Under the pieces are notes generated by a model. That model saw nothing but the letters and a program-made list of their open reading frames with translations. It made no database searches and had not been told where the DNA came from. Of a stretch of DNA of 64,000 nt, positions 63,948 through 64,000 are shown piece by piece. Where the stretch lies: positions 10,958 through 74,957 of the forward strand of contig JACQLT010000003.1 of the NCBI GenBank assembly GCA_016203945.1, in the 5' to 3' direction. Each line of letters starts with the position of its first letter. Position 1 is the stretch's first letter. A program made the translations under genes and the position numbers. This stretch comes from Parcubacteria group bacterium (GTDB lineage: Bacteria > Patescibacteriota > Minisyncoccia > Minisyncoccales > UBA10102).

Positions 63948-64000
63948 ATTCTCCCCAAGCTAAGTTTTGGCATGGGTGCGCTTAGCGCATCCTTAAGATA

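Noticed and set aside
1-64000. Alternative genetic code (UGA as Gly, as in some CPR lineages), CRISPR arrays, rRNA operons and IS elements.
   Set aside because: Recognisable genes end at TGA/TAA/TAG at the expected lengths (for example dnaJ and rplI end in TGA). I found no spaced direct-repeat array, no rRNA-like sequence and no transposase ORF.

Overview
Dense 64-kb window with about 75 protein genes, 3 tRNAs, no rRNA and no CRISPR. It reads like a small-genome CPR/Patescibacteria-type bacterium using the standard code (an inference from gene content and style). Genes are short, tightly packed and often overlap by ATGA. Several housekeeping proteins are shortened: HrcA 230 aa, MetK 317 aa, AspRS 462 aa without the GAD insert. 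Several promoters sit directly on the start codon (leaderless). Core content, left to right: femX-like and ftsQ; two GT-C glycosyltransferases; corA; hrcA-grpE-dnaK-dnaJ; tRNA-Lys; ctpA-rplI-pyrG; rpmA; uppS-gmk; msrB; rarA; a Xer-type recombinase. There is a split dcw/mur region: gltX-murG-ftsW-murD-X-mraY-dacB-aspS-GT4-Pro-rich-murC on the minus strand, and mraZ-rsmH-ftsL-ftsI at the right end. Also present: fmt-efp-pcm; metK; tRNA-Gln; dnaX-gtrA; cysS-dnaB-recR; rplU; rmuC; a Ca2+ exchanger plus P-type ATPase; tRNA-Glu. Most notable observations: (1) a second, MshC-like CysRS paralog is translationally coupled to an LmbE deacetylase and a malic enzyme, while a canonical cysS lies elsewhere, suggesting a possible novel Cys-GlcN-type thiol pathway. 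(2) A PP-loop ATPase sits in the murD-mraY gap (MurL-like). (3) A tRNA-Gln-anchored array of single-gene, low-GC cassettes is separated by repeats related to the tRNA 3' flank, and includes a Zn-ribbon/DUF4145 (HEPN-like) protein. (4) Three promoter-to-terminator units have no convincing ORF (candidate ncRNAs or leaders). (5) A recurrent TGTGGATAACT box occurs in two hairpin loops and in a helically phased array upstream of mraZ. (6) Short GC-rich modules are inserted in frame in murC, a GT4 gene and csaA.
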